Of a stretch of 64,000 nucleotides of DNA, positions 7,546 through 17,462 are shown in pieces. Every line of letters starts with the position of its first letter. Within the stretch, counting starts at the first letter, position 1. The notes below the pieces were generated by a model. The model was not told the origin of the DNA, ran no database searches, and saw only the letters and a list, made by a program, of their open reading frames with translations. This stretch comes from an uncultured candidate division Zixibacteria bacterium (GTDB lineage Bacteria; Zixibacteria; MSB-5A5; UBA10806). The stretch is taken from NCBI GenBank assembly GCA_963817915.1, contig CAWFQL010000009.1, positions 192,001 to 256,000 of the forward strand, read 5' to 3'. A program made the position numbers and the translations under genes.

Positions 7546-9804
7546 ATGGCAACTAAAAGATTATATGATCTGGCAAAGGAGTATAACGTATCATCGAAGG
7601 CTATGGTCGACATAGTTAAAGAGCTGGGATTTGATATTAAATCTCACTCGTCGACCGCGTCGGATGAAGTTGTAATCGCTGTCCAGAAGAGATTCGCCTC
7701 CGAAAAAGAAGAGGTGAAAAAAGAGATAGAAGAAAAGAAGAGAAAGGCCGAAGCTCGACATCTCGCCGACGAAGAAGCTGTTCGCAAGAGACAGGAAACC
7801 GAGCGAAAAATGCTTGCGGAATTGCGTCAGACTAAGAAAAAAGAAATAAAGCAGGTTGAGAAAAAGGCCGTAATCGTCAAAAAGAAAAAAGATCGTCGCA
7901 AAAAGAAGCGCGAACGGATTGTTGATATAAAAGCTGTCCAGGCAAGTTTCAAAAAAACAATGTCGAGTCTCGAAATCGGCAAAAAGAAAAAGTATAGACA
8001 CCGTGATGATAAGGGCGAGCTCCTGCCCGGAGAAGTCTTGGCCGAGAATGTCATCAAAGTCACCGAATTCATGACTGTATCGGAATTAGCTGGACTAATG
8101 GATGTCAAGCCGGCGGCGCTGGTCGCGAAGTGCATGGAAATGGGAATGATGGCTACGATCAATCAACGTCTGGACCTCGATACTATTGGCACCCTTGCCC
8201 TGGAATTCGGATTCAATATCGAAGAATCTAAGCTGATTGGTGAAGAGGAAGCGGCAGATTATGACGCTTCAGAAAATTTGCAGCATAGAGCCCCGGTCGT
8301 CACAATCATGGGGCATGTCGATCATGGCAAGACTTCGCTTCTCGATTATATCAGAAAATCCAATATCATCGCCGGCGAATCCGGAGGAATAACCCAGCAC
8401 ATCGGCGCCTATGAAGTAATTCTCCCCGGAGGCGCGATAACGTTCCTTGATACTCCCGGTCACCAGGCGTTTTCATCGATGAGAGCCAGAGGCGCGCATG
8501 TTACCGATGTCGTAGTACTGGTTGTCGCCGCGGACGATGCGGTAATGCCGCAGACTATTGAAGCTATAGATCATGCTCGTGCCGCTGGAGTTCCGATCCT
8601 TGTCGCAATTAATAAGATCGATCTGCCAGCCGCGAATATCGATAAAATAAAAGAACAGCTTGGAAAGCATAATTTAATTACGGAAGAATGGGGCGGAAAA
8701 ACTGTCATGGTCGAAATCTCTGCCAAGACCGGCAAGGGAATAGACAAATTACTCGAAATGATTCTGCTTCAGACCGAAATGCTTGAATTAAAAGCCAACC
8801 CCGATAGATTAGCGCGCGGCGTAATTATCGAAGCCAAGCTCGATAGGGGCAAAGGGCCTGTGTGCACCGTTCTTATTCAGAAGGGCACTTTGAGGATTGG
8901 AGATCCGTTCGTTACCGGCAATAATTATGGCCGTGTTCGCGCCATGCACGATGAAAGAGGAAATATTATTTATGAGGCACCTCCGTCGACACCCGTTCAA
9001 ATTCTCGGCTCAAATGGCGTGCCTCAAGCCGGAGACCCATTTACGGTAGTGGAAGGCGAAAGCGAAGCTCGCACAATCGCGCAGAAACGTTTCCGGCTAA
9101 AACGAGAAAAAGATTTCCATATGCTCAAGCGTCTTACCCTGACCGAGGTTTATGATCGAATCAAAGAAGGCGAAATCAAAGACCTCAATTTGATTATCAA
9201 GGGAGATGTGGACGGATCAGCGGAAGCGTTGGCCGATACTCTGGCGCGTATCCAGCATAAAGAGGTGAAGATCAATGTTATTCATAGGGGTGTCGGCGCG
9301 ATTTCAGAATCGGATGTTCTATTAGCCGCCGCCTCTCAGGCAATTATCATCGGCTTCCATGTCAGACCTGAAACCAGGGCCGCCGAATTGGCCGCGCATG
9401 AAAAAGTCGATATCAGATTGTATAAGATTATTTATGAAGTCGAAGCCGACATTAAGGCCGCGTTAGAGGGGCTGCTTGCTCCGGAAATAGTGAAAGTGGC
9501 TCTTGGCGAAATCGAAGTTCGACAAATATTCAAGGTCTCCAGATCCGGCGCTATTGCGGGCAGTATGGTCAAGAGCGGTATTGCTAAACGCGGCGCCAGA
9601 GTCGAAGTATTTCGAAATGGTGTTAAGTTAGGTGATGGCGTCATATCTTCATTAAAGAGATTCAAAGATGATGTCAAAGAAGTCGCCGCGGGTTACGAAT
9701 GTGGAATAGTTGTCGATCCCGATTTAGGATTGGAAACTGGAGATATTATCAAGGCATTTACTGAAGTCGAGGAGGCTCGCCGGCTGGAACCGGGTATGAT
9801 TTAG
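7546..9804 (+). CDS. infB: translation initiation factor IF-2
   Basis: MGHVDHGKT, ITQHIGAY, DTPGH, NKID, SLKRFKDDVKEV. Confidence 0.98.
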   Translation: MATKRLYDLAKEYNVSSKAMVDIVKELGFDIKSHSSTASDEVVIAVQKRFASEKEEVKKEIEEKKRKAEARHLADEEAVRKRQETERKMLAELRQTKKKEIKQVEKKAVIVKKKKDRRKKKRERIVDIKAVQASFKKTMSSLEIGKKKKYRHRDDKGELLPGEVLAENVIKVTEFMTVSELAGLMDVKPAALVAKCMEMGMMATINQRLDLDTIGTLALEFGFNIEESKLIGEEEAADYDASENLQHRAPVVTIMGHVDHGKTSLLDYIRKSNIIAGESGGITQHIGAYEVILPGGAITFLDTPGHQAFSSMRARGAHVTDVVVLVVAADDAVMPQTIEAIDHARAAGVPILVAINKIDLPAANIDKIKEQLGKHNLITEEWGGKTVMVEISAKTGKGIDKLLEMILLQTEMLELKANPDRLARGVIIEAKLDRGKGPVCTVLIQKGTLRIGDPFVTGNNYGRVRAMHDERGNIIYEAPPSTPVQILGSNGVPQAGDPFTVVEGESEARTIAQKRFRLKREKDFHMLKRLTLTEVYDRIKEGEIKDLNLIIKGDVDGSAEALADTLARIQHKEVKINVIHRGVGAISESDVLLAAASQAIIIGFHVRPETRAAELAAHEKVDIRLYKIIYEVEADIKAALEGLLAPEIVKVALGEIEVRQIFKVSRSGAIAGSMVKSGIAKRGARVEVFRNGVKLGDGVISSLKRFKDDVKEVAAGYECGIVVDPDLGLETGDIIKAFTEVEEARRLEPGMI

Positions 9805-10086
9805 ATGGTTGTCGGAGTTTTAACTATCGAGCTTTCTATTCCTCAGGCTGATTCCCTTAAAGATAAAAGAAGGGTTTTAAAGAGCATAAAGGATAAGGTA
9901 CGTAATGCCTTCAATGTCTCTGTGTCCGAAATAGGCGAACAGGATATCTGGCGCACTGCTCTGCTCGGTGTTGCGGTTATTTCGGAAGATGCCGGTTATG
10001 CAAATGGTGTTCTTTCACGGGTACAGGATCTGGTGCGCGATCGCACCGAAGCTATAATGACCAATTGCCAACTCGAATGGCGGTAA
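9805..10086 (+). CDS. DUF503 / YlxP-family protein
   Basis: SLKDKRRVLKSIKDKVRNAFNVSVSE; lies between infB and rbfA. Confidence 0.9.
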   Translation: MVVGVLTIELSIPQADSLKDKRRVLKSIKDKVRNAFNVSVSEIGEQDIWRTALLGVAVISEDAGYANGVLSRVQDLVRDRTEAIMTNCQLEWR

Positions 10087-10089
10087 AAA

Positions 10090-10446
10090 ATGGAATTTTC
10101 GCGTGTTGACAGACTTCAGAGCCAGCTAATCAAAGTGATTTCAGTAATTGTCGCCGATGAATTGAAAGATTCTCCTCCCGCCATGATTACATTTTTGAGG
10201 GCGGAGGTCAGCAAGGATTTGAAATACGCAAAAGTATATTATTCTGTTTTTGGCGAACAACCCAAAATCGATGAATGCCTTACTTTTCTGAAACGACATA
10301 ATGGGGCGATCAGAAGGCTTGTTGGCCAACAAATGAGAATGCGCTATCTTCCCGAAATTACATTTCATTTCGACTCATCTATGGAGAATGTTTTCAAGAT
10401 ATCGGATATTTTAGACAAATTAAAAAAAGATGAAAAACCTGAGTGA
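10090..10446 (+). CDS. rbfA: ribosome-binding factor A
   Basis: EVSKDLKYAKVYYS, MRYLPEITFHFD; synteny. Confidence 0.93.
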   Translation: MEFSRVDRLQSQLIKVISVIVADELKDSPPAMITFLRAEVSKDLKYAKVYYSVFGEQPKIDECLTFLKRHNGAIRRLVGQQMRMRYLPEITFHFDSSMENVFKISDILDKLKKDEKPE

Positions 10447-11410
10447 AATCGAAAAAATACTCGATGTTATAAATGAAAACGATCGTTTTCTGATAACTTC
10501 GCATATGGATCCCGATGGCGATTCAATCGGATCCCAGCTTGGGCTTTTCTATGCCCTCAAGGACCTTGGCAAAAAATCGTATATAGTCGATCAGGGTCAA
10601 TTGCCAGCGAAGTATGATTTTCTCGACCCCGAAAACCTGATAAAAGGTGAGGCAAATTCGATTCCATTTTCTCCGCAGGTGACAGTTTTTGTCGAATGTC
10701 CCGAGATCAAGAGAATCGGATTTGTCAGCGATCTGCTTCCGCCAGAATCTATCAAGATCAATATCGATCATCACCATGATAACGATAATTATGGCGATTT
10801 GAATTGGGTGGATACTGAATGCTGCGCCGCCGGTGAAATGATTTACTATATCCTAAGAGAGGGAAAATTTAATATAACCCCCGTAATCGCGATGGAGCTT
10901 TATGCCGCAATTGTTTCCGATACCGGGCAATTCAAATTTTCATCCACTTCGGCTAACGGCATGAAGGCCGCCTCCGAGCTCATCCAATTGGGAGCCAATC
11001 CCAAAATGATTTCCGATAAGATATTTTCCCGTTTCGCTCCCGAGACAATAAAGCTCCTGGGCAATACTCTAGGCAATATGGCGATTGTAGCCAATGGTAA
11101 AATAGCCGTCACTCAGATTTCCAGAAATGATTTGAAAGCATCCAATGCCAAATTGGAAAATAGCGAAGGATTCGTGGATTATTTACTTTCGGTCGCACAA
11201 ATCGAACTTGGAATATTATTTAAAGAGATTGATGATAAAACTGTCAAAGTTTCACTGCGATCACAGAATGGCGTCGACGCGTCCAAATTGGCCAGAGAAT
11301 TTAATGGCGGAGGACATATCAATGCTGCCGGTTTCACAGTGAACGGTGCTCTAAAAGAAGTAAAAGATAAGGTTGTCAAAAGGGCGACAGAGTATATACA
11401 TGCCAAATAA
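10430..11410 (+). CDS. nrnA: DHH-family bifunctional oligoribonuclease/PAP phosphatase
   Basis: HMDPDGDSIGS, NIDHH, SDTG, SLRS, GGGHINAAG. Confidence 0.9.
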   Translation: MKNLSEIEKILDVINENDRFLITSHMDPDGDSIGSQLGLFYALKDLGKKSYIVDQGQLPAKYDFLDPENLIKGEANSIPFSPQVTVFVECPEIKRIGFVSDLLPPESIKINIDHHHDNDNYGDLNWVDTECCAAGEMIYYILREGKFNITPVIAMELYAAIVSDTGQFKFSSTSANGMKAASELIQLGANPKMISDKIFSRFAPETIKLLGNTLGNMAIVANGKIAVTQISRNDLKASNAKLENSEGFVDYLLSVAQIELGILFKEIDDKTVKVSLRSQNGVDASKLAREFNGGGHINAAGFTVNGALKEVKDKVVKRATEYIHAK

Positions 11411-12350
11411 AGATGGAATAATGCTCATAGATAAACCGGCGGGCATGACCTCGCATGATGTCGTCGATTATCTGCGCCGTTATCTGCAAACTAAGAGGAT
11501 TGGTCATATTGGTATTCTCGATCCCAATGCGACCGGTCTTTTGGTGATGCTGATTGGACAAGGAACATTGTTTTCAGCCATGCTCATGGGCCTTGGTAAA
11601 CGATATGTAGCCCGAATGGAATTCGGTGTTGCAACTGACACTTATGATTCCGATGGCAAGATTACGAGAACAGGCGATCCAGGCACAATGACAAAAAGCG
11701 ATTTTGAAAAATTGCTCATGGGATTCAAAGGCGAAATCGAACAATTAGTACCTGTTTACTCAGCCGCCAAGCGGGATGGCAAGACCATGCACAAAATGGC
11801 TCGTAAAGGCAAAGCTGTCACGCCTGGCCATAAAGTTGTTCGCATAGATGATATAAATATTATCGATTTTGGCTGGCCTGAGGTAGCATTGGATATCAAA
11901 TGCGCGTCGGGTACTTATGTTAGAAGTATCGCTCACCAGCTCGGGGAAATTATCGGATGCGGCGGTCATCTCAAAAAATTAAGACGAATGGAAGTAGGAC
12001 AATTCAAGATAGCATCCGCGGTCACCCTTGAAGAAGTATCGAAATCGGATAATCCGACAAAATATATTATGCCTCTTATGGACGCTTTGCCGATGTTTCC
12101 GGCGATTTCAATCAAGCCAGAGTATTTCGGCGCAGTCCTAAATGGTCGTCCGCTAATGAAAAAATATATTACCGAAAATAATTATTCCGGCAAGGGGGGA
12201 GAGCTCTCTTTGCTTTTGGGACCGGAAGAAAAAGTATTGGCCCTTGCAAGATTGAATATGCTTTGGGCTTCTGTAAAAAGCCTCGGACCGTCCGAGATAA
12301 TGGGAACATACGTCAGGGTTATAGATGAAGGTCATCTCAGGGATAGATAA
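11400..12350 (+). CDS. truB: tRNA pseudouridine(55) synthase
   Basis: DKPAGMTSHDVV, GHIGILDPNATG, TDTYDSDG, CASGTYVRS; ATG at 11400 preferred over the ORF-track start. Confidence 0.93.
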   Translation: MPNKDGIMLIDKPAGMTSHDVVDYLRRYLQTKRIGHIGILDPNATGLLVMLIGQGTLFSAMLMGLGKRYVARMEFGVATDTYDSDGKITRTGDPGTMTKSDFEKLLMGFKGEIEQLVPVYSAAKRDGKTMHKMARKGKAVTPGHKVVRIDDINIIDFGWPEVALDIKCASGTYVRSIAHQLGEIIGCGGHLKKLRRMEVGQFKIASAVTLEEVSKSDNPTKYIMPLMDALPMFPAISIKPEYFGAVLNGRPLMKKYITENNYSGKGGELSLLLGPEEKVLALARLNMLWASVKSLGPSEIMGTYVRVIDEGHLRDR

Positions 12351-13254
12351 ATTAGAATCAGCCGGTTTACTCGAAAGCGCCGCTACTCTGGGCACATTCG
12401 ATGGTGTTCATAACGGACATCGGCAAATAATCGCGAACCTGCTTGAGGTCAGCCGCAAAGGCAATTTGCATCCGGTTCTGGTCACATTCGATCCTCATCC
12501 TCAAATGGTTCTTGGCACTCGCGGCCCGATAGAAATATTAACTACACTCGACGAAAAATTGGACCTCCTAAAAGATACAGGTATTGAGACAGTAGTCGTC
12601 CTTGAATTCAATCGCCAACTCGCTTCATTCCCTCCACAGCAATTCGTCAAAGATATTTTGATGGATAAGCTTGGCATGAAAGCATTAATTATAGGTTTTG
12701 ATCACGCCTTTGGAAAGAATCGCGAGGGGAATAAAGAACTCCTGGCATCAATGGCCAAAAAAGAAGGCTTCCATTTCGTAGTAGTTCCTGAATTCAAAAT
12801 CGATGGCCAAATAATAAAATCGACTGCAATCAGGTACGAATTGAAAAACGGCGATTACGCTCTCGCAAAAAGAGCCTTGGGTTATAATTATCTGATTTCG
12901 GGCAAAATCATTCATGGCCATGGAATTGGTAAAACTCTCGGTTATCCAACAATAAACCTCGCTGTGCAGGCGGGCAAATTGCTTCCCAAGCAAGGAGTTT
13001 ATTCAGCCAAAGCCGCTATCGACGGCAAGAAATATGATGGCATGACATATATCGGTGAACGATTGACATTCGATGATACCTCGCTTGTAGTGGAAATAAA
13101 TCTGTTTGATTTCAAAAATGAACCTCAGTTCGATCACGCCACGATCGAATTGATTGATTACATCAGGCCGCCGGAAAAATTCGAAACCGCGGCAAAATTG
13201 GTCGAGAAAATTAAAAACGATGAAGTAGAGATTAAAAAAAGATTCAAATATTAA
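12325..13254 (+). CDS. ribF: bifunctional riboflavin kinase/FAD synthetase
   Basis: GTFDGVHNGH, TFDPHP, GFDHAFG, GYPTIN, YIRPPEKF. Confidence 0.95.
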   Translation: MKVISGIDKLESAGLLESAATLGTFDGVHNGHRQIIANLLEVSRKGNLHPVLVTFDPHPQMVLGTRGPIEILTTLDEKLDLLKDTGIETVVVLEFNRQLASFPPQQFVKDILMDKLGMKALIIGFDHAFGKNREGNKELLASMAKKEGFHFVVVPEFKIDGQIIKSTAIRYELKNGDYALAKRALGYNYLISGKIIHGHGIGKTLGYPTINLAVQAGKLLPKQGVYSAKAAIDGKKYDGMTYIGERLTFDDTSLVVEINLFDFKNEPQFDHATIELIDYIRPPEKFETAAKLVEKIKNDEVEIKKRFKY

Positions 13255-13265
13255 GGAGGAATTAA

Positions 13266-13535
13266 GTGACTATCACTAAGGAAGCAAGAAAGAAAACAAT
13301 TGATACGTATCGTCTGCACGAATCCGATACCGGCTCGGTCGAAGTCCAGGTGGCCCTCTTGACCGCCCGCATCAATGAACTCACAGGTCATCTGCAGACG
13401 CATGTAAAAGACCATCATTCCCGTATGGGACTATTGAAGATGGTCGGCCAAAGGCGCAGATTGCTCGAATACTTGAAAAAATCGGATCTGACAGCATACA
13501 GATCGCTCATAGAAAATCTCAATTTGAGAAAGTAA
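13266..13535 (+). CDS. rpsO: 30S ribosomal protein S15
   Basis: [42 protein letters not shown]. Confidence 0.98.
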   Translation: MTITKEARKKTIDTYRLHESDTGSVEVQVALLTARINELTGHLQTHVKDHHSRMGLLKMVGQRRRLLEYLKKSDLTAYRSLIENLNLRK

Positions 13536-13561
13536 ATATTTCCGTTATCGGAGGATAAGTT

Positions 13562-15733
13562 TTGGATAAAGTAGAACTGCGTTTTGATGATGGCAGAATT
13601 CTCAGCATAGAAACCGGGCATGTTGCCAAGCAAGCCGGAGGTGCCGTCATGGTGCGACTGGGCGATACGGTTGTATTTGCCGCCGCCACCGGCTCGGATA
13701 AAGGTCTCGATCAGGATTTCTTCCCTCTAACAGTCGATTACAGAGAGAAATCCTACGCGGCCGGAAAAATCCCTGGCGGCTTTTTCAAACGAGAAGGCCG
13801 TCCCAGTGAAAAAGAAATACTGTCGGCTCGTCTGTGCGACAGACCATTAAGGCCGCTCTTTCCCGATGGCTACACCAATGAAGTACAGATCATGATTAAT
13901 GTACTATCATCGGATCAGGAAAACGACGGCGATATATTGGGAATTATCGCGGCGTCAGCGGCGCTTCGTATTTCCAATATCCCATTCCATACGACTATCG
14001 GCGCGGTCAGAGTCGGACGCATCGATGGTCAATACAGAATAAATCCGTTGTTCTCGGAGCTCGAAAAATCTGATATGAATATCAGCATTGCCGGAACGAA
14101 GGATTTTATCAATATGGTCGAAGGCGGGGCTCGCGAGATATCAGAAAAAGATATGGTCGATGCCCTATCATTCGGCCATGAGTTCATCAAGAAGGTCGTA
14201 GCGATAATTGAAGAACTCACCGCCAAAGTCGGCAAACCCAAACCCGAAGTTGTCCCGCCGGTTATTAATCCCGAGATAGTCTCTGAGGTTACTAACCTGA
14301 CAGCTGGGAAGATAAAAGCCGCCAACAGAATCCGCGATAAGAAGGGGAGAAGCGACGCTATCGAGAAGATCAGGACAGAGACGCTTGAAGCATTAGCCGA
14401 AAAATTCCCCGAATCCGAAAAGCAGATTAAAGCCGTTATCGAAGAAATCGAACGAACCGATCTGCGTGCCATGATCCTTGATGAGCATGTTCGCGCCGAT
14501 GGCAGAGGATTCGAAGACATCCGCGATATCTCTATCGAAATTGGCGTGCTACCGAGAACACATGGCTCAGCGCTATTTACTCGAGGCCAAACTCAGGCGC
14601 TGGTAGTTGCCACTCTCGGAACCAAAATCGATGAACAACGTATCGACGATCTTCTTGGCGAATCATTCAAGAGCTATATGCTTCATTATAATTTCCCGTC
14701 GTATTCGGTCGGCGAAGTTCGTCCGATCAGAGGCCCGGGACGTAGAGAAATCGGACATGGCGCTTTGGCTGAACGAGCCTTGGAGCCGGTCATTCCCGTT
14801 GAAGAGAAATTCCCATATACGATTAGAATTGTATCGGATATTCTCGAATCAAATGGCTCGTCGTCAATGGCGACTGTATGCGGCGGCTCTCTATCATTGA
14901 TGGACGCTGGAGTACCGATCAAGGCTCCCGTTGCGGGTATAGCTATGGGGCTTGTTAAGGAAGGCGACAAGACCGCTATCTTAACTGATATTCTTGGAGT
15001 TGAAGATCATCTTGGTGATATGGATTTCAAAGTCACCGGCACGGATAATGGCGTTACCGCGTTCCAAATGGATATCAAAATCGGCGGCGTGACTGTTGAG
15101 CTCATGGAAAGGGCCCTCGATCAAGCCAAGAGAGCTCGCCTTGTCGTTCTTGGTAAAATGAATCAGGCGATCTCAACACCTCGTCCTGAGCTTTCTCCTT
15201 ACGCGCCTCGTATCATCACCATTAAGGTTCCTATCGATAAGATTGGAGAGATCATCGGCCCCGGAGGCAAAATGATTCGCAGTATTATCGAGCAAACCGG
15301 CGCCAAGATCGATATCGAAGACGATGGTACAGTTATCATCGCCTCGGTCGATCAATCCGCCGGAGAAGCCGCACGTGACAAGATTTTGGGTATGTGCGAA
15401 GTGCCTGAAATCGGCAGAACCTACACGGGCAAGGTAAAGAGAATCGCCGCATTTGGCGCGTTTATCGAAATCCTGCCCGGCACCGATGGTCTCGTGCATA
15501 TTTCCGAATTGGAATATCACAGGGTCAACAGGGTCGAGGATGTCATTAATCTCGGCGATACCGTCATGGTTAAGGTTATCGATATCGATAATGAAGGTAA
15601 AATCCGTTTATCGCGAAAAGCCTTATTGCCCAAACCGGAAGGTTATAGCGAAAATTCCGGCGGTGGAGGTGGTGGTAGTAGTGATAGGCCTTCGAGGCCG
15701 CCATATCGCCCCAGGAGAGATAATGACCGCTGA
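13562..15733 (+). CDS. pnp: polyribonucleotide nucleotidyltransferase
   Basis: GKIPGGFFKREGRP, RREIGHGALAERA, ESNGSSSMA, KH and S1 domains. Confidence 0.98.
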   Translation: MDKVELRFDDGRILSIETGHVAKQAGGAVMVRLGDTVVFAAATGSDKGLDQDFFPLTVDYREKSYAAGKIPGGFFKREGRPSEKEILSARLCDRPLRPLFPDGYTNEVQIMINVLSSDQENDGDILGIIAASAALRISNIPFHTTIGAVRVGRIDGQYRINPLFSELEKSDMNISIAGTKDFINMVEGGAREISEKDMVDALSFGHEFIKKVVAIIEELTAKVGKPKPEVVPPVINPEIVSEVTNLTAGKIKAANRIRDKKGRSDAIEKIRTETLEALAEKFPESEKQIKAVIEEIERTDLRAMILDEHVRADGRGFEDIRDISIEIGVLPRTHGSALFTRGQTQALVVATLGTKIDEQRIDDLLGESFKSYMLHYNFPSYSVGEVRPIRGPGRREIGHGALAERALEPVIPVEEKFPYTIRIVSDILESNGSSSMATVCGGSLSLMDAGVPIKAPVAGIAMGLVKEGDKTAILTDILGVEDHLGDMDFKVTGTDNGVTAFQMDIKIGGVTVELMERALDQAKRARLVVLGKMNQAISTPRPELSPYAPRIITIKVPIDKIGEIIGPGGKMIRSIIEQTGAKIDIEDDGTVIIASVDQSAGEAARDKILGMCEVPEIGRTYTGKVKRIAAFGAFIEILPGTDGLVHISELEYHRVNRVEDVINLGDTVMVKVIDIDNEGKIRLSRKALLPKPEGYSENSGGGGGGSSDRPSRPPYRPRRDNDR

Positions 15734-16988
15734 GACCGCTCTCTATAAGAAGACCGTTCTGCCTCATGGTCTGAGGATTATCACTGAGGCCATACCTCAT
15801 GTTCGTTCGGTATCGATGGGAGTTTGGATCAATGTCGGCTCCAGAGATGAAAACGATTCATCGTCTGGCGTTTCCCATTTTATCGAGCATATGGTCTTCA
15901 AGGGTACCAAAAATCGAAATGCATCTGAAATCGCCTCCTACCTCGAATCCGTAGGAGGCGTTCTCAATGCCTTCACCAGCCGCGAGCAGACCTGTTTCTA
16001 CGCGAAATTCCTCGATGAGCAATTGTCCAAAGCGACCGAAATTCTTTTCGATCTGATCAACAATGCTTTATTCGATCCGAACGAGATAGAAAAGGAAAAA
16101 AAGGTCGTGTTGGAGGAATTGAAGGATATAGAGGATTCGCCCAGCGATATCATCCATGATCTTTTCGCGAGCGCGCTTTTTGGCAAACATCCTCTGGGCC
16201 GCTCCATCATGGGCAATCGCACTACAATCAACAATATCAAGAAAAGACACATACTTGGCTATGTAGGAAAATTCTATCGTCCCGATAGGATCATTGTTTC
16301 CGCTTCCGGGAATCTTGTGCATGAAAAGTTGGTTGAAGAAGTACTAAAACATTACGATCCTTCACAGATTGATCAATCTTCTAATGGCCGCAGAAAGCCG
16401 GTATTCAAACCAGTGCAGAAGGTTCATTACAAGAAAATTAAACAGACACATGTGTGTTTGGGCGTTCAGGCTAGAGATTTCAACCATAATTCCAGAAGCG
16501 CCATGTCGCTTTTAAATTCAATTATGGGTGGCGGCATGTCATCCAGACTATTTCAGGAAATCAGGGAAAATCTCGGACTGGCCTATAGCATATTTTCATA
16601 TCTCGATTATTTCGAAGACACGGGAGTTTTCGGAATTTATCTGGGTACAGATAAGAAAAATGTTAAAAAAGCGCTTCTCGCCGTACGGAAAAAGATCAAT
16701 GAGGCTATGGAAAATAAGCTTCCTCAAGATGAGCTCGAACGGGCCAAAGAACAGCTAAAGGGCAACCTCATGCTCGGTTTGGAAAATACATCCAATAGAA
16801 TGAATCGCCTTGCCAAGCATGAATTGCTAGCTGGTAGATATATAAGTCTCGATGAAACAGTCTCATCGATAGACGCCGTGACATCAGAGGGCATTGCCGA
16901 GGTCGCCAACGATATGTTTTCCAAAAAAGATTTTACAATAGTCACGCTCGGCCCCGTCGAAAACAACATTTATAAAGCCTTAGATTAA
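15723..16988 (+). CDS. M16 (pitrilysin-family) zinc peptidase
   Basis: Inverted HFIEH motif, NAFTSRE, GGGMSSRLFQEIRE; ATG at 15723 overlaps the pnp end. Confidence 0.92.
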   Translation: MTAETALYKKTVLPHGLRIITEAIPHVRSVSMGVWINVGSRDENDSSSGVSHFIEHMVFKGTKNRNASEIASYLESVGGVLNAFTSREQTCFYAKFLDEQLSKATEILFDLINNALFDPNEIEKEKKVVLEELKDIEDSPSDIIHDLFASALFGKHPLGRSIMGNRTTINNIKKRHILGYVGKFYRPDRIIVSASGNLVHEKLVEEVLKHYDPSQIDQSSNGRRKPVFKPVQKVHYKKIKQTHVCLGVQARDFNHNSRSAMSLLNSIMGGGMSSRLFQEIRENLGLAYSIFSYLDYFEDTGVFGIYLGTDKKNVKKALLAVRKKINEAMENKLPQDELERAKEQLKGNLMLGLENTSNRMNRLAKHELLAGRYISLDETVSSIDAVTSEGIAEVANDMFSKKDFTIVTLGPVENNIYKALD

Positions 16989-17096
16989 CCGCTTTTATTA
17001 GTTAAGCCGAAAAACCATATTGCATAATATTATTTCTGGTATTATTCTAAACAAAGTTGGAAAATATAATGAGCGATTTCTAATGGAGAAGGCGAA

Positions 17097-17447
17097 TTGG
17101 AAAGATTCATTCTAAAACTGCTGGTAACATCTGTGGCCATTTTCATAGTTGTAAAAATACTTCCCTGGATAAAAATCGATAGCCCGGTGACGCTTATCGT
17201 AACCGCGTTATTGCTTGGTATTTTAAATACATTTCTGAGGCCGATTTTGATATTTCTTACATTGCCGATAAGTATTCTAAGTTTAGGATTATTCATACTC
17301 GTAATAAATGGTATCATCCTTTACCTGGTGTCATTGATAGTCCCGGGATTCGAGACTTTGAATATCTGGGTGGCAATTCTGGCCGCCTTATTGATATCAA
17401 TTATTTCCTCGGCTATTAATTTGATGATTAGAGACAATAGACATTAA
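17097..17447 (+). CDS. YvlD-like (phage holin family 4) membrane protein
   Basis: 4 TM segments; LNTFLRPILIFLTLPISILSLGLFILVIN motif. Confidence 0.85.
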   Translation: MERFILKLLVTSVAIFIVVKILPWIKIDSPVTLIVTALLLGILNTFLRPILIFLTLPISILSLGLFILVINGIILYLVSLIVPGFETLNIWVAILAALLISIISSAINLMIRDNRH

Positions 17448-17462
17448 AAGGCAGCAATTGAA

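Noticed and set aside
15453..15722. 90-aa N-terminal extension of the M16 peptidase
   Set aside because: It is an alternate frame of the pnp end; the ATG at 15723 has an aggaga RBS.
17097..17447. Prophage remnant suggested by the holin-family gene
   Set aside because: YvlD-type proteins are common chromosomal genes, and there are no phage genes nearby.
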